From NCBI GenBank assembly GCA_002189035.1, contig NEEC01000011.1, positions 1,488,001 through 1,552,000 of the forward strand: a stretch of 64,000 nucleotides of DNA, in the 5' to 3' direction. Under the pieces are notes generated by a model. It saw only the letters and a program-made list of their open reading frames with translations. It was not told where the DNA came from and did not search any database. The position numbers and the translations under genes are program-made. This stretch comes from Utricularia gibba. Its lineage: Eukaryota; Plantae; Magnoliophyta. Below, piece after piece: positions 38,158 to 50,400 of this stretch; positions within the stretch are counted from its first letter, which is position 1; every line of letters begins with the position of its first letter.

Positions 38158-39443
38158 TCACATGATGGAGCAGCTGCTCGTGTTCTCATCGCTGAACATA
38201 TGGACAGCTGAATGATCACCACCACCACCACCGCCGCCGGTGTATCCGAGGCCATCGGAAGGGAGAGCACCGTAGTTGTAGTAGTAACCGGTTGTTGGAG
38301 GAACGAAAGGGGACCTGCTGTACATCATCTGGGGTTGCTGCCGGTTCTGGAGATTGGTCATCGGATTGTTGTATTGGTGATGATACCCTGTTGCCATTGG
38401 GAATCCTCCGGAAGCGTGCATCATGTTGGCTGGGCTCCCTCCATTTCCATGAAAACCAGCTAAATTCATCATTGTGTTGATGTCGTTTCCATGATTTGCA
38501 CCCCCAAACTGTGGGATGTTATTCATCTTCATGTTTGCTGGGCTTTTCTGATCAACGCAGCCAGAATTTGGGGCAGCTTTTTTACCTCCATTCTTGTGGT
38601 TATCAGTGCTTCCATTTGCAGCATTCTTGGCTCCAGCCCCTTTCTTTGCAGCTTCAGCTTGCTGCTTGAACATCTGACTCAACTTCTCCCTGAAAAGCTG
38701 TTGCATCTCTTTCTCTTCATCGAATTCTTCATCGTCATCAGGGTCACAGTCATCCTCTTCAGATACAAGAGGAGACTTCTTATTTTTCAAGGATTCATGA
38801 TCCTTCACCGGATTTGGTTTCGGCGCTTTGTTGTTCTTGGCATTATCATCCTTGATGGAGGAAGGCTTCAGCTTCTGGTTTGGGCTTGTTTTCTGGGACC
38901 AGAGCTCAGCATGTTTCCCAGCTCTAACAAGTTTCTTGACCAGAGTTGCAGGATCCACACTCCCAGAAACAGTAACTTTCTGCTGATCATAATCCACAAT
39001 AACTTGATAAACTCCTGATAGTTCAAGCAAGAATCCAGAATCAGAAGTGACCACACCAAAAACTTGATTAGCCAGAACTTTCAAGCTAATCGGAGTGTAC
39101 CATAAGATCAAACATTTAAAAAGAAAAAAGGAAAAGTAGAACGTGTAAGCATCAAAAGGAGCGAAACTGTAAGTTCACAGAAGTACAAAGCAATGGAACC
39201 TTCAATTTTCTGAAGGACTTTCTTCACCTTCAGCTTGCAACCATCACAATGTATGTTCACTCTAAGAACACACGTCTGTGGAGAGCAAACAGGCAGAAGG
39301 AAAATACAAACCAGTAAAAGATTTAATCACCACCAACACAGGACAAGAACATGGCTCCACCATTTGACAAGTGGGTGCAACCAGAGAAATAATTGCAAAA
39401 CTACCTGGATCTTGAGCAGCTTAAAGTCTTCATCTTTAGTCAT
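38158..39443 (-). CDS. Heavy-metal-associated isoprenylated plant protein (HIPP), 323 aa; exons 39443-39405, 39275-39200, 39014-38158
   Basis: [32 protein letters not shown] (HMA domain with CxxC), acidic, Gly/Asn/Met-rich and Tyr-rich segments, C-terminal CaaX box CSIM*. GT-AG introns are in phase. Confidence 0.93.
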
Positions 39444-40286
39444 TTCTTCTTCCTTAGTGCAGAGTTACGAAAGATCTGCGCCCATGAAAACGAACCCAAG
39501 TTAGCATATAACACCCAAATCCAATAATGTTCAGTTCAACACCATTTAAGCTTCTTTTTCACAACATCCACAAGCTAAAAACATGGGAGGAGGCATTTTG
39601 GTAAACACAGCAGTGAAATTTAAGGTCAGGAAGAGAAAAAAATTCACACACGGAAACAGACGCAGGCAGTAAAATCAAAGCAAGAAGATGAATGATAGAG
39701 AGCTTAAAGGTACTTTGAGATTAAAAAACGGGACCGGAGGAGCCGAATTCTTTCTGGGTCTTCCCGGGGACCCGATGGGGCTTAAATTGCAACACTTGCT
39801 CGGAAAGAGTGACATGACAGACTATTCCCCATTTCTTTTTTCACGGCATTCATTTCCTCTGACATTCATTCTCACCAGTAACTCAAACAGTAGGAGGAAT
39901 TAAAAATGAAAAACTTTTAAACTTTTTTTTTGTTTATAATGTGGACAAAATTTTGATGTCTGATTCTTACGAGTCACGTCTCGTTCTGAAGATGATCAAG
40001 TGGAGATTTTGCTGCAACCCACGAAGACTTGTCACAACTGATCTCTCGAGATCATTCAGACCATGAGAAGGCGTGTCGGCTTTAAGGCAAACTCTTCATG
40101 AATCATTACTCCACATTTAATTCCAAGTTATCTTTCCCAAGAAAAGAGGGTAGCTTTTCATAATCAGCTTTCAGTGTAGTACTTCACATAACAGATGAAC
40201 GCACGAAGGAGCTTTGGCAACATCGCTCATAGCATTTTTAACAATGTACAAAGTTACTTGGACTTGCAGCTCACCGGTTACTCCAT

Positions 40287-41452
40287 CTAAGGTCCTTTCC
40301 TCTTTCTGCCCAAAGCAGAGCATATTTGGAGCCGGGGACCGCCCACCCGCCATTTCTTGAATGCGGCTATGGAGGATTGCCCAGCTTCGTACACTTCAAA
40401 ATGAAGAAGAACCACGTATGACAATCACAGAAGGGATAACTTACGAGGAATTGATATATAAACTCACATTCAGCTTCCTCATTTGTCAAAAGCTTCAAGA
40501 ACTTGGGAGTTACTGAAGGCGTTGTGGTGTGAGCCTTGGTCAACACCTCCCTGTACCTTGTACGGAATGCCACAAGAAGGAACGGTCCTACTGTTCTGTC
40601 ACCAACCCTGTCGATTAAAATATAACGAGACGAATTGAAGAATGACTTGGCAACTGTGTATTAACGAAGTCGAGGGTTCCTGATCTTACAATGGTGCCAT
40701 CTTACATCCTAAGCTGTAGAGGTAAGGGCATCTGCTTCTAAGATCCACATGGGCAGCGTCAGCAGCGATTTCCTCCCTTGTTTTCGATCTGGAAATTAAC
40801 AAGAATGAACCTTCATACTGATGAAGAAAAAAATTCCAAAACTGAATTTACTGAAGCAACTTTTAATAGAAATATTTCCTGCAGGATGAATATAAGCTGA
40901 TAATACATAAGAATGCTTGCAACCACTTCCCTTCCACGTGTATATATCATCGATTATAAACAAGAATAGTTGAAAATGCATAATCAATATTCAAAAGGCA
41001 AACAAAAAAACAGTCGAAAAAAGAAAATATACTCTTTGTCAAAGTATGGAGGAACCCTGATGGATACAAGTTGCCTTAGATATAACTCGCGTGCCAACCA
41101 GAAGGGCAGTTCTATTCTACAACCGGCTTCCACCTGGAAGTAAAGAAGTCACAAAAATGTGAGAGAAAAGAGCTTAAACAAGGATTACCCTGTTTTTTAT
41201 GCAGGCATGATCATGCCATGAGGCACCCCAAGTTATGGCAGAATACACAAAAAATAACCTTATTGGCCTCATCGCTTGTGTCAAATAGACCAACACCATG
41301 TGCAGAATGCTGGAACACTGACGGCACGCGCTGAAAAAATAAGAGCCACGCCATAGATTAAAAATCCCATAGCTTGAGGAAATTCAAGATGAACTTCAAT
41401 CTCATACCTCTTCTTCAACTAATATATCATCTATGTCGTAGTAGTTGGCCAT
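40287..41452 (-). CDS. PSF3: GINS complex subunit PSF3, 187 aa; exons 41452-41408, 41330-41259, 41133-41033, 40788-40690, 40607-40468, 40393-40287
   Basis: MANYYDIDDILVEEE, IELPFWLARELYLRQ, ADAAHVDLRSRCPY, AFRTRYREVLTKA, FKKWRVGGPR..LGRKRK. All six exons join in frame through GT-AG introns. Confidence 0.93.
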
Positions 41453-41685
41453 ATCACAATCCTTAACATACAATTCTACTCCAGTGCAGGTTTATTTCTC
41501 GCCCAAGATAATTTAGCACCAAATCAACCTAAACTCGATATTTTCTTCACAGCTACGAAGGGCTACTCGGTGCAGCATCCGCCCCGCATATAGTAAGAAA
41601 TAGAATCAATAAAACTATCGACCTAAACTCGGGGCGGGGACAAATTCCATAGAAACTTAGATAGCTGCATTTCCAACTTCGCAGC

Positions 41686-41760
41686 TAGGGTTTTGTGCAT
41701 AGCCGATTTGCGAGTTGCTAAAAGAGGTTTTATCAGTAAGCTTGGGCTGTAAAAAGCCCA
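41686..41760 (-). promoter_or_regulatory. Telo-box plus two site II motifs, likely the PSF3 proximal promoter
   Basis: TAGGGTTT (AAACCCTA on the - strand) at 41686-41693; TGGGCT at 41743-41748 and AGCCCA at 41755-41760. This combination is typical of plant replication and translation genes. Confidence 0.6.
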
Positions 41761-41761
41761 A

Positions 41762-42351
41762 CAATGATAAAACTCAAAATTTCAAGAAACGAAGCTAAAA
41801 ATCAATGAAACCCAGAAAAATAAGAAAGTTCCACCAAAAAGAGGAGCTTCAAGCCCTCCGACAACAACCAGCAAGAGAACCCTCTAATCCCATCAATAAC
41901 TTGGCATACCCAGAAGCTGGAATCTAATTTCTATGATTTTCCTCCCACAAAACAGTCAATTAAAAGGAATGAGAAAGTTCCAGCAGCAAGATGGAAGTTC
42001 CGGCCATCAAAACAGTCATCAACTACGTAGAAGTCATCACTTCCAGCGACAATAAGATAATTCCACAAAAAAAAGAACCCTTCCAATGCTTCTCCCATCC
42101 AAGAATTCCCACAACAATGAAGAAGATGATTGGTCGCAATACCTTCCGCAAATTCGGTGAAATGCAGTCAGATCACCCCACGAATCTCCAATACGGCGTC
42201 CACAAATCACAGAGTGAACCCTCCGAATCGATGGTAGAATTCCCTTGTCTCGAAAAATCGCACAAGTCCCCCCGCCCAACTGAGCAGAGTTCTTCCAAGG
42301 AAAAGCGGCCGGCCAATCAAACCTAACGGTCGTCAAAACACATTTGAATAA
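41762..42351 (-). repeat. Copy A of a duplicated promoter/5'UTR block (paralog at 46071-46586)
   Basis: Colinear similarity to 46071-46586 from CAATGATAAAACTCAAAATTTC to AAACACATTTGAATAA (53/60 identical over the first 60 nt), with ~90 extra nt at 42012-42102. Confidence 0.92.
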
Positions 42352-44116
42352 TACATTCGCCTCTCCCCTAAACCCCTCTTCATTCGGATAAACTTGCAAA
42401 ATACAAAGGAAAATAATTTCAATTTATAAAACAATTAAAAATTAAATGAATTTTGAAAACATGAGTTTCAGTATTCTCCTTCGCACCCAAAATTACTACA
42501 TGTTTGGTTTTCTGTTAAATATGAAGTTTATATATAATTATATACAAAATTCAGTTTATTTCAAAATATATCAATAAAGTATTTGTAATTTTACATAAAA
42601 ATATTTTAAAAAACTATTTAGATTGTTTTAGTTGTGAAAATTCCTTAGTAAATTTTTTAATGGGTTATTGGATATTATTTGTTGTATTCTTGTTATAAAA
42701 TATAAATTTAAATTTGGTGACCCAAATCACTAACAAATTTAAAGTACTACTCATACCAAAGAATAAAAATGCACTAAGAATTAATGGGAGTTTGGCTTAT
42801 GATGAAGAAGAAATTAAATGATTTTTAAGAAGAATAGTGGGATCAACTTAGAAATAGGACTTATGATAAAGCCAAAAAATTTGTAACAAAAGAGAAATCT
42901 CTAGTTTTAGATTGCCTCTCTTGTATGTCGAACATGGAAATTGTGACATAGAAAGCATAGATTAGCGTTGCATATTTGCTGAAAACAAAATAGGAATGAC
43001 TGATCAAATTACCATGATTATAGAAAATATTTGATAAATAAAAATTTTCATATCATTATGCAAATTATAAATCTTCATATCGAATAAAATTTAAAAACTC
43101 CATTCACATAAAAGGATATCTCAAACAAAAGTGTAGAACAGAATCAAAATCGAATAACTTGTGTTAGTAACATGCTAATGGGATGTAGAATCATAATTAA
43201 AAGTAATAATAATGTGTTGATGTAGTAAATAAAATTGAATAAACAGACATGAGATAATAAACATCGATAGCATACAAATAAAAACAATGATGTCTCAAGT
43301 TCATTTGGGTAATGTGTTAAAATAAATTCTTAATTATAATATATATTTTTACAACTTCACAACTTTGAATAATTTAGATATATTAAGGTAATTTTCTAGA
43401 TTTCAATTAGCAATACATTCGAGTTTTACTAACTATTCTATACTTAGTTCTAATATTTTGTAAAATATTCAGAACTAAATCTATATATTTCTAAAGATTT
43501 TTATCCGAAAATATTAACATATTCTATATATCTTTATTTTTTTAATTCTTACCATGCTACCAACACATACCTAAAGTATTTCAAATAGAATCTAAAAACC
43601 TTGTCATTTTTGTTTTGAAAATATACAATGTGTATATTATGGTTTTCTTGGTATTCAACAATACCAAAGTTGAAATTTCATTGCACATTTTACCATATTT
43701 TAACCATTATCATACCAATATATTCATCAATAATATGATAAATTTGTTCTATCCATAACGCCATGTTCATTTATCAAAAAAATGATGATCATTTATGACA
43801 CATTATATTCTAATAGCTTTTATTTTAAGAAAGAACCAGTACTGTCAGATATAAGTTTTCAAAAACTTTCTTTTAATGTGATTAAAACAGTTGAATTACA
43901 CTCAATTACACATGTTTAATGGCATCATAATATACAGCAAACAAATTTATAACTGTATTTTGAGCATTATTAAAAACAGGTAACATAAATTACCAATTTT
44001 CAAAAACAAAATCGCCAAGTGGTACCTATGAGATCAGCAAAGGGTTGCCCGCATTTCCTTCCCTCCTTTGGCTTCCAGGGTGATCTGCAGCTGTCCCTTG
44101 ATCAAACTTCACCTGG

Positions 44117-45719
44117 TCAGCTTGGCTTCAGATGCACTTCAATTATATCGTTTTCTTCCATCCCGAGACTGTCGGGAGTTGCTGTAGGACTAACTTTATC
44201 ACCATCAAACAGGAACACTAAAGCTTTTGCATCAACTTTGATCCTATCTGCATACATCCCGAAGAGCCGCTCAAATTTATCATCCTGTGAGCCACATTAT
44301 ATAGATGTCAACGACATGAGAACCAAGTTCTGAAAGTGGGACGCATTGTGAAGATCAGCAGCAGATTTCTTCAACTTTAAACAGCTCTATAGGAAGGCAG
44401 GTATATAGAATACATGATGCCCATTCTAGTTCAATCTATTAGTTTTGAGTCCTTGAAGAAGAAAAACAGGGGAATGTGTAAATGTGGAACCAGTCAGGCA
44501 TGTGAATACATGGCTATAGTTTCTGATAATGCTGTTGATACTTGAAAGGAGAATAAAATCACTAACCGTGAAAACTCGAAACTGCTTCACTCCTTCCTTA
44601 TCTTGGATAGAGATAACAATCTTTGGCCTTTCAGGGCAAGGAGCCTGTGTCTCCGCAGCAGCAGAGTTTGCAGAGGAGGACTGTTGTGAAGCATCCAGAT
44701 CTTTTCTGATGGATTCTTCGACAGCTCGCATAACATCTTCAGCAGACTCAGCAAAAGATTCCAACTCCTGCTTTTTTAACCTGGGAGCAAGTTTAAAGAA
44801 CAGTGATGGTATGAGACGAAAACTAATTTGACCATACGAGATAAAAAAGAATACATATAATTGCAAGCCACTATCTTTGAGATCAAATTCTGATGGACAA
44901 CTACATAACATCCTATATAGGCCCCTTTTAATCGGCTTCTATTATTGAAAAGAAAAAGGACATCCCAGACGCGCAGAGTCTGTTCAAGAGAATCAATGCT
45001 GCAGCTGCAACATGAAACACTAACTGATCACAACAACAAAAGCCACCACAGATGCACCAGAAACAATCACACGCATTAACTACACGACATATAGTGCAAG
45101 TTCTGACACTAGTGAGCCAACTATGAGCTGATGCTCTCCCTTATTCTCATACCTCAAGGCTTTCAATGTCGAGTCCACCTCAGCATTATGATTACTAACT
45201 TTATTAATCTTCGGCGGGGGAGGTAACCACTCCTCTTCATCATCAATAACCAGTATATCTTTCGCGTTGCTCTTTACATTCTCTCCATCTTTCGCTTGCT
45301 GTTCCTCCTATTATTCATCAACACGAAACTGGATCAATATGACATTCAAGAGCGTAAAGAACCACATGGGAAGAATTATAAAATAGAAATTAATACCGCA
45401 TCTTCAGAAAATTTCCTTTTTTTCTGTCCAAAAACAGTTGCGCCATCTGAACTATCATCTGCAAGTAATAAAATATAAGAAGTCCCACTTAAAAAAAAAA
45501 AAAACTAAAAAGAAACATTTACGCCCAAACCGACCATCAAGGCACACTACTTCTGAGGGCTGGATTCGGGAATAATCAAAAAGGGGTTCAAATTCATCGT
45601 CAGAATCCTCCTGAAGGAAAAAATAGCAATTTAAACTCCTAGAAATCAAATCCAGAAAGTAAAAGTCAGCCAACTTTCAGTACTACTTGCCATAATAAGT
45701 TATCCCATAAACATACCAT
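44117..45719 (-). CDS. Rad60/Esc2/NIP45-type SUMO-like-domain protein, 222 aa; exons 45719-45717 (ATG only), 45610-45535, 45458-45397, 45298-45153, 44780-44567, 44284-44117
   Basis: FEPLFDYSRIQP, EEEWLPPPPK, LKKQELESFAESAEDVMRAVEES, and C-terminal SUMO-like domain KIVISIQDKEG.KQFRV..DDKFERLF..LVFLFDGDKVSPTATPDSLGMEENDIIEV. Phases are consistent. Confidence 0.88.
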
Positions 45720-46070
45720 GGATGATTGCCGCCTGATTTTTTCTTTAATGTGCACTCTCGAACGCAAAAAAACAAGATGCGACCCTGCATGGTACACCCA
45801 GTTCTGGGGTCAGACGGGTAACTGATGCAGGCAGTGTCTAATATACTCATAATCTCACAAAATAATAATTAGCTTTTCACCCAAATGCGGATCTGATATC
45901 AAGGTCTAACCAAAAGTTCAGAGGTCAAATGTGAGTGACTATTCATTCACTACAAGCATTCCAACAACGTTCATCAACGGTACTAAATTCCAAGGAAATG
46001 AACTCAAGTTCAGAGACATTCCCACAGAAAGAGTTCACAAAAGCCAACTTGAATAATAAACCTTCATCAG

Positions 46071-46586
46071 CAATGATAAAACTCAAAATTTCCAGCACCA
46101 AAGCTAAAAATTAATGAAATCCAGAAAACTATGAAAACTCAATCAATAAGAGGAGCTTCAATCCCTCCAAGAGCAACCAGCAAGAGAAACCTCAAATCCC
46201 ATCAATAAGTTGGGATATCCAGAAGCAGGAATCTAATTTCTATGATTTTCCTCCCACAAAACAGTCGATTAAAAGGAATGGGAATGTTCCAGCAGCAAGA
46301 TGCAAGTTCCGGACATCAAAGAATTCCTAGAACATTGAAGAAGATGATTGGTACGCGGAATACCTTCCGAAAATTCGTCGAAATGCAGTCAGATCCCCCC
46401 CCCCCCCCCGGGAATCTCCTCCGAAAATCACAGAGAGAATGCTCTGATCGATGGTAGAAGAGAAGCCGTAGCCTTCGTTCCCTTGTCTCGAAAAATTGCA
46501 CAAGTCCCCCGCCGAACTCCGAGCAGGGTTCTTAGGAAAAGCGGCCGGTCAACCAAACCTAACGGTTATCAAACACATTTGAATAA
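46071..46586 (-). promoter_or_regulatory. Copy B: putative promoter, 5'UTR exon and start of the 5'UTR intron of the SUMO-like gene
   Basis: Lies 350-870 bp upstream of the ATG. Candidate donor GGAAG|GTATT at 46363; CCTAACGGTTA (MSA consensus YCYAACGGYYA) at 46558-46568; site II motifs further upstream (46615-46810). The transcript structure is inferred. Confidence 0.55.
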
Positions 46587-47494
46587 CAAATGGTTCAAAC
46601 CCACGATAGAAAAGGGGCCCATTGGTCACGGCCCTCTCGTTCCGCTAAATTTTAATCCGAATTTCGTCAAACATTTGCAAACGAATTTAATTTTGAAAAG
46701 TAATTTAATTTAAAGTTTATATACATTATTTTGCTCCTGATCCGGCCCAAACTAATTCACAAATAACGGGCTAAGGGTCTATTGCAAAATCAAGTAGGCT
46801 GGCAGGCCCACTCACGTCTCTATTCGCCGCAACCTTTTACTATCATAGATATCATGTGAATTTCGTACAAGGTTGTTTAATAAAATTACAATAAAAACAC
46901 TTCAATTTTTTATCAGTATAAAAAATTTAATCTTTAAATTTTCAAATTGTAAAAAAAAATACATCAATTTGTCCAAATCGTGTAATCAATATTTAAATAT
47001 TTTTCAAAATTTATAAAAAATAAACCAATTCATTACACCGTGAACTAACTTTGGTTTCAAACTCAATAAAAATTTTGTACTATGACTTTTCACATTCTCA
47101 TCTTGAGTAAGACAAATCAAAATCCCCTATTATGATTATATCATATTTGTGTCTCATTATTTCTGAAGTTCGACAAGAATAAAAGTATCAAAGGAGAGAG
47201 AATTGAAGTTGTGAATAATGTTTACAATGATGCATCGTTAAAACAGTATTACAGTCAAAATTGGTTAGTTTTGATAACATGATTGGTTAAATGTATAATT
47301 TATAAGTTTGATGACATACTATTTACAAAAAAAGTAAATTAAAGAACTTATAATGTAATTTTGAAATTTGTGGGTTAAACTTTTCACAATAACTATAATT
47401 TGAAATATCACCGGCAAACTCCTTTGTATTTGAGAAAATTGTCTGCACTTAAAATATAAAATTAATATAATATGTGAGTTATGTGTTCCAAAAT

Positions 47495-50400
47495 TGTTGA
47501 AAGTTCCTTTGAGATCCCTAAGTTGAAGCCAGTCGATGAAAGTGAAGATTATGCGAAGATGTGGCTTCTATGTTGATAGGAAGAAAAAGAAGGAACAAAT
47601 CTTCAATGACTAAAAGAAAATGTTGCTATTTTGTTTTTGCTGTCACATGTTCATCATGTGAATGTGTTGTATTTAAACAAAGAATCTTAAACATGAAATT
47701 ATGGTATTTTCCTCTGTTTTTCAATGATGTTCTTTTCTTCTTGAACCTTAGTTTTTTGACTTCTTCTCTTATCTAAAGCTTCTATTTGCAATGATTCACA
47801 GCATGGTATCAGAGCAACATGACTCTCATCACATGTGAACCTGAAAAGTATTTTGTTGAACTTGCACTATAAATACATCTCAGTTGGTTGTAAATACATG
47901 ACTTTTGATTTTTGCCAGAGTCAAGTATGCTTAATGAATACTCAAGATTACTCCTTACCTCAAACTGAAATGTTTGTAGTTTGTAGTGACACTCCCAAAC
48001 AAATATAGGGCACATTGTAGGAAATATATGGGGGAGGAGACAAGATGAAGAAATATAAGCAATACAATTTAATGGAAGAGTTTTGAACAAAATGAAATGG
48101 AATACTATGAGACTTTCAAACAACATTATGACAAAACCTACAAACTTGTGAATGACATCAAAACTCTGGGAGAATACCTACCAGACTCCAAAGTTATTGA
48201 AAAAGTCATGATGAACTCACTAGAGAGGTTCAAAGAAAAATTCCTTGTCATTGAACTAGAAGAAAAAATGAGAAAAATCACAGGTCATGAAGAAGAGATG
48301 AGCTTCTTTGAATTCATCAGAGAACTCCAATCTTATGAAAAATATATGCAAATCTAAAAGAAATGCAGCATTACTGCACAATCAAAGTTGGTACTATTTT
48401 TAAGGGGATCATCAAGTTCAAATTTAAATAGAAAACCCACTGCTGATGCTTCATTACTACGGATGAAAGAGAAATATCCATTTGTAACAAAAACAATCAT
48501 ACCAATAAAAAATGTTAGATAAAGAATATTAGCTTATGTATATACTTTTCTAAGCTATTTCATAAGCCCGAATCTTGTTGATACCACATAAATGCTACCT
48601 ACACATATTACAAAACTAAATGTCACATTGAAAAAGTGTGTCCTACAATGGAGAAAACAGAAATAGATGACACTCATTCAAATGCGAAAAACTGGCAAGA
48701 AGAACATGTTGCTAGTTTCACCTACTTTGAAAAAAAAAAGAAATTTTTATCCTTGATGCTTGTGATGTTAGATTTACCCTTATGTCGAGTCAACAGTACA
48801 AAATCAAGGTTGACATGTAGACAATGGTGCAACAAGCCACATATGCACCAACATAAATTACTTCACATCTCTGTCAAAAGTTACTATTGGACAATTATAC
48901 GAATCAATTGGACATTCTATAATAATATTGGGAAAGAGCACACTTTGTCTACCTATAGAAAAAAACTTCATGATAATACATGATGTATGCTATGCTCCAG
49001 AAGTTGTTCAAAATCTCGTAAGTTTTGGATAATTATACACTCAAAACTTCAAGTTATCTCTTTAGAAAGAGAGCATAGAAATCTTTAATCTAGATTCTTC
49101 ACTCTCACATATTAATGTTCGTTTGAACAACAATCTATATAAACTCCAAATTGGCATTGAAAAAGCAATGACACTTGTAGTCTCTAAAAAATCTGCCTTA
49201 TGCAATAATTGACTAAGCCATTATAGTATCAACAATCTTAAAATTATAAAGAAAGAAGAAACCATTGATGAATTGAAAGGCATAAAATTCTCATGATTCT
49301 AATGTCATACTTGTTTAAAAGGAAAGACTACAAGACAATTATATTTGTCTAACGACTCTACCAATTATAGAAAACTTGAAATTGTTCGCTTAGATCCATA
49401 TAACCTCTTCAAAGAAGTTTTCCTCAGCGGCATTAAGTATTTCCTTATTTTTATTGACGACTTTACTATATATTGTTGCGTCTATTTCATGAAATCAAAA
49501 TAAAAAACCCTTACTATATTCAAAAACTTTAAACATGTGGTAAAAAAATAAAGTAATAGCAAGTTGAAGATATTGCGGTCAAATAATGTAGCTGAATATA
49601 TGTCATCTACCTTCAAGTCTTCTTTCCAAGAAGAAGAAAAACCAAATGATTTGAGATATAACAAAATGCTTACTTTTTAAAGAAGAACCTTCTTTGACAT
49701 TTTAAATAGAAGCAACTTCTATTGCTATGTACTTACTATATCTATTATCCTCGAGAGTCATTAATGACAGCTCTTCTTATAAATTGTGGACAGGTCGAAA
49801 GGTGAAGATTAGACATCTTAGGACTTTTGGACCAATCTGCTTTGTTCACGTTCATAAGTAAAGAAGATCAAAATTAACTTAAAAAACACAAATATGCATT
49901 TTTGTTAGCTATAGTCTAGTAATAAAATGTTACATAGTGTATTTATCTGCTACATAATTTACAACCATCAGTAGCGACATAACTTTCAATAAGTCTAAAA
50001 ACTATACCTTGATTGACGGAACACTTGTGATGATAGGTCAATTTCCGTTATAAGGAAAAGAAGTTGGGAGTATAGATACATCACCTATATCTAATCTCAC
50101 TCTTGGTGTAGTGCTGCTTTTGGTAAATTTCAGACACCTTAGTGTATGAAGTTCACAAAACTATTAGCCCCTTGTTGACGAACATTCCTTTACATCTAAA
50201 AATGACCATTTGGGTGATGGATTCAAAACTGAAATTATGGGCAAGACTCTTGGTCTCGTTCTTCAAGTATTGGAAAATTATTGACTGACATCTTTGATGA
50301 TTCCCCACGTACATTGGATCACAACTATCTAACAATACTTACTTCTAATGACACTGATTACTATAATCAAACACTTAAAATAAGAAAGAGAAAACCTTTG

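Noticed and set aside
39465-39485. uORF MGADLS* upstream of the HIPP ATG
   Set aside because: Its ATG lies just upstream of a likely 5'UTR intron acceptor (GCGCAG|ATC), so it is probably intronic.
41991-42399. ORFs in the duplicated block (41991-42326, 42037-42399, and 46242-46457, 46348-46713) as a new small-protein family
   Set aside because: They share KKMIG.RNTFRKF only because the DNA is paralogous. Frames and starts differ across a ~91-nt indel, and no known motif is present.
47804-47815. tRNA-Met-complementary sequence as a tRNA gene
   Set aside because: Only 12 nt and directly after an LTR: it is the Copia primer-binding site.
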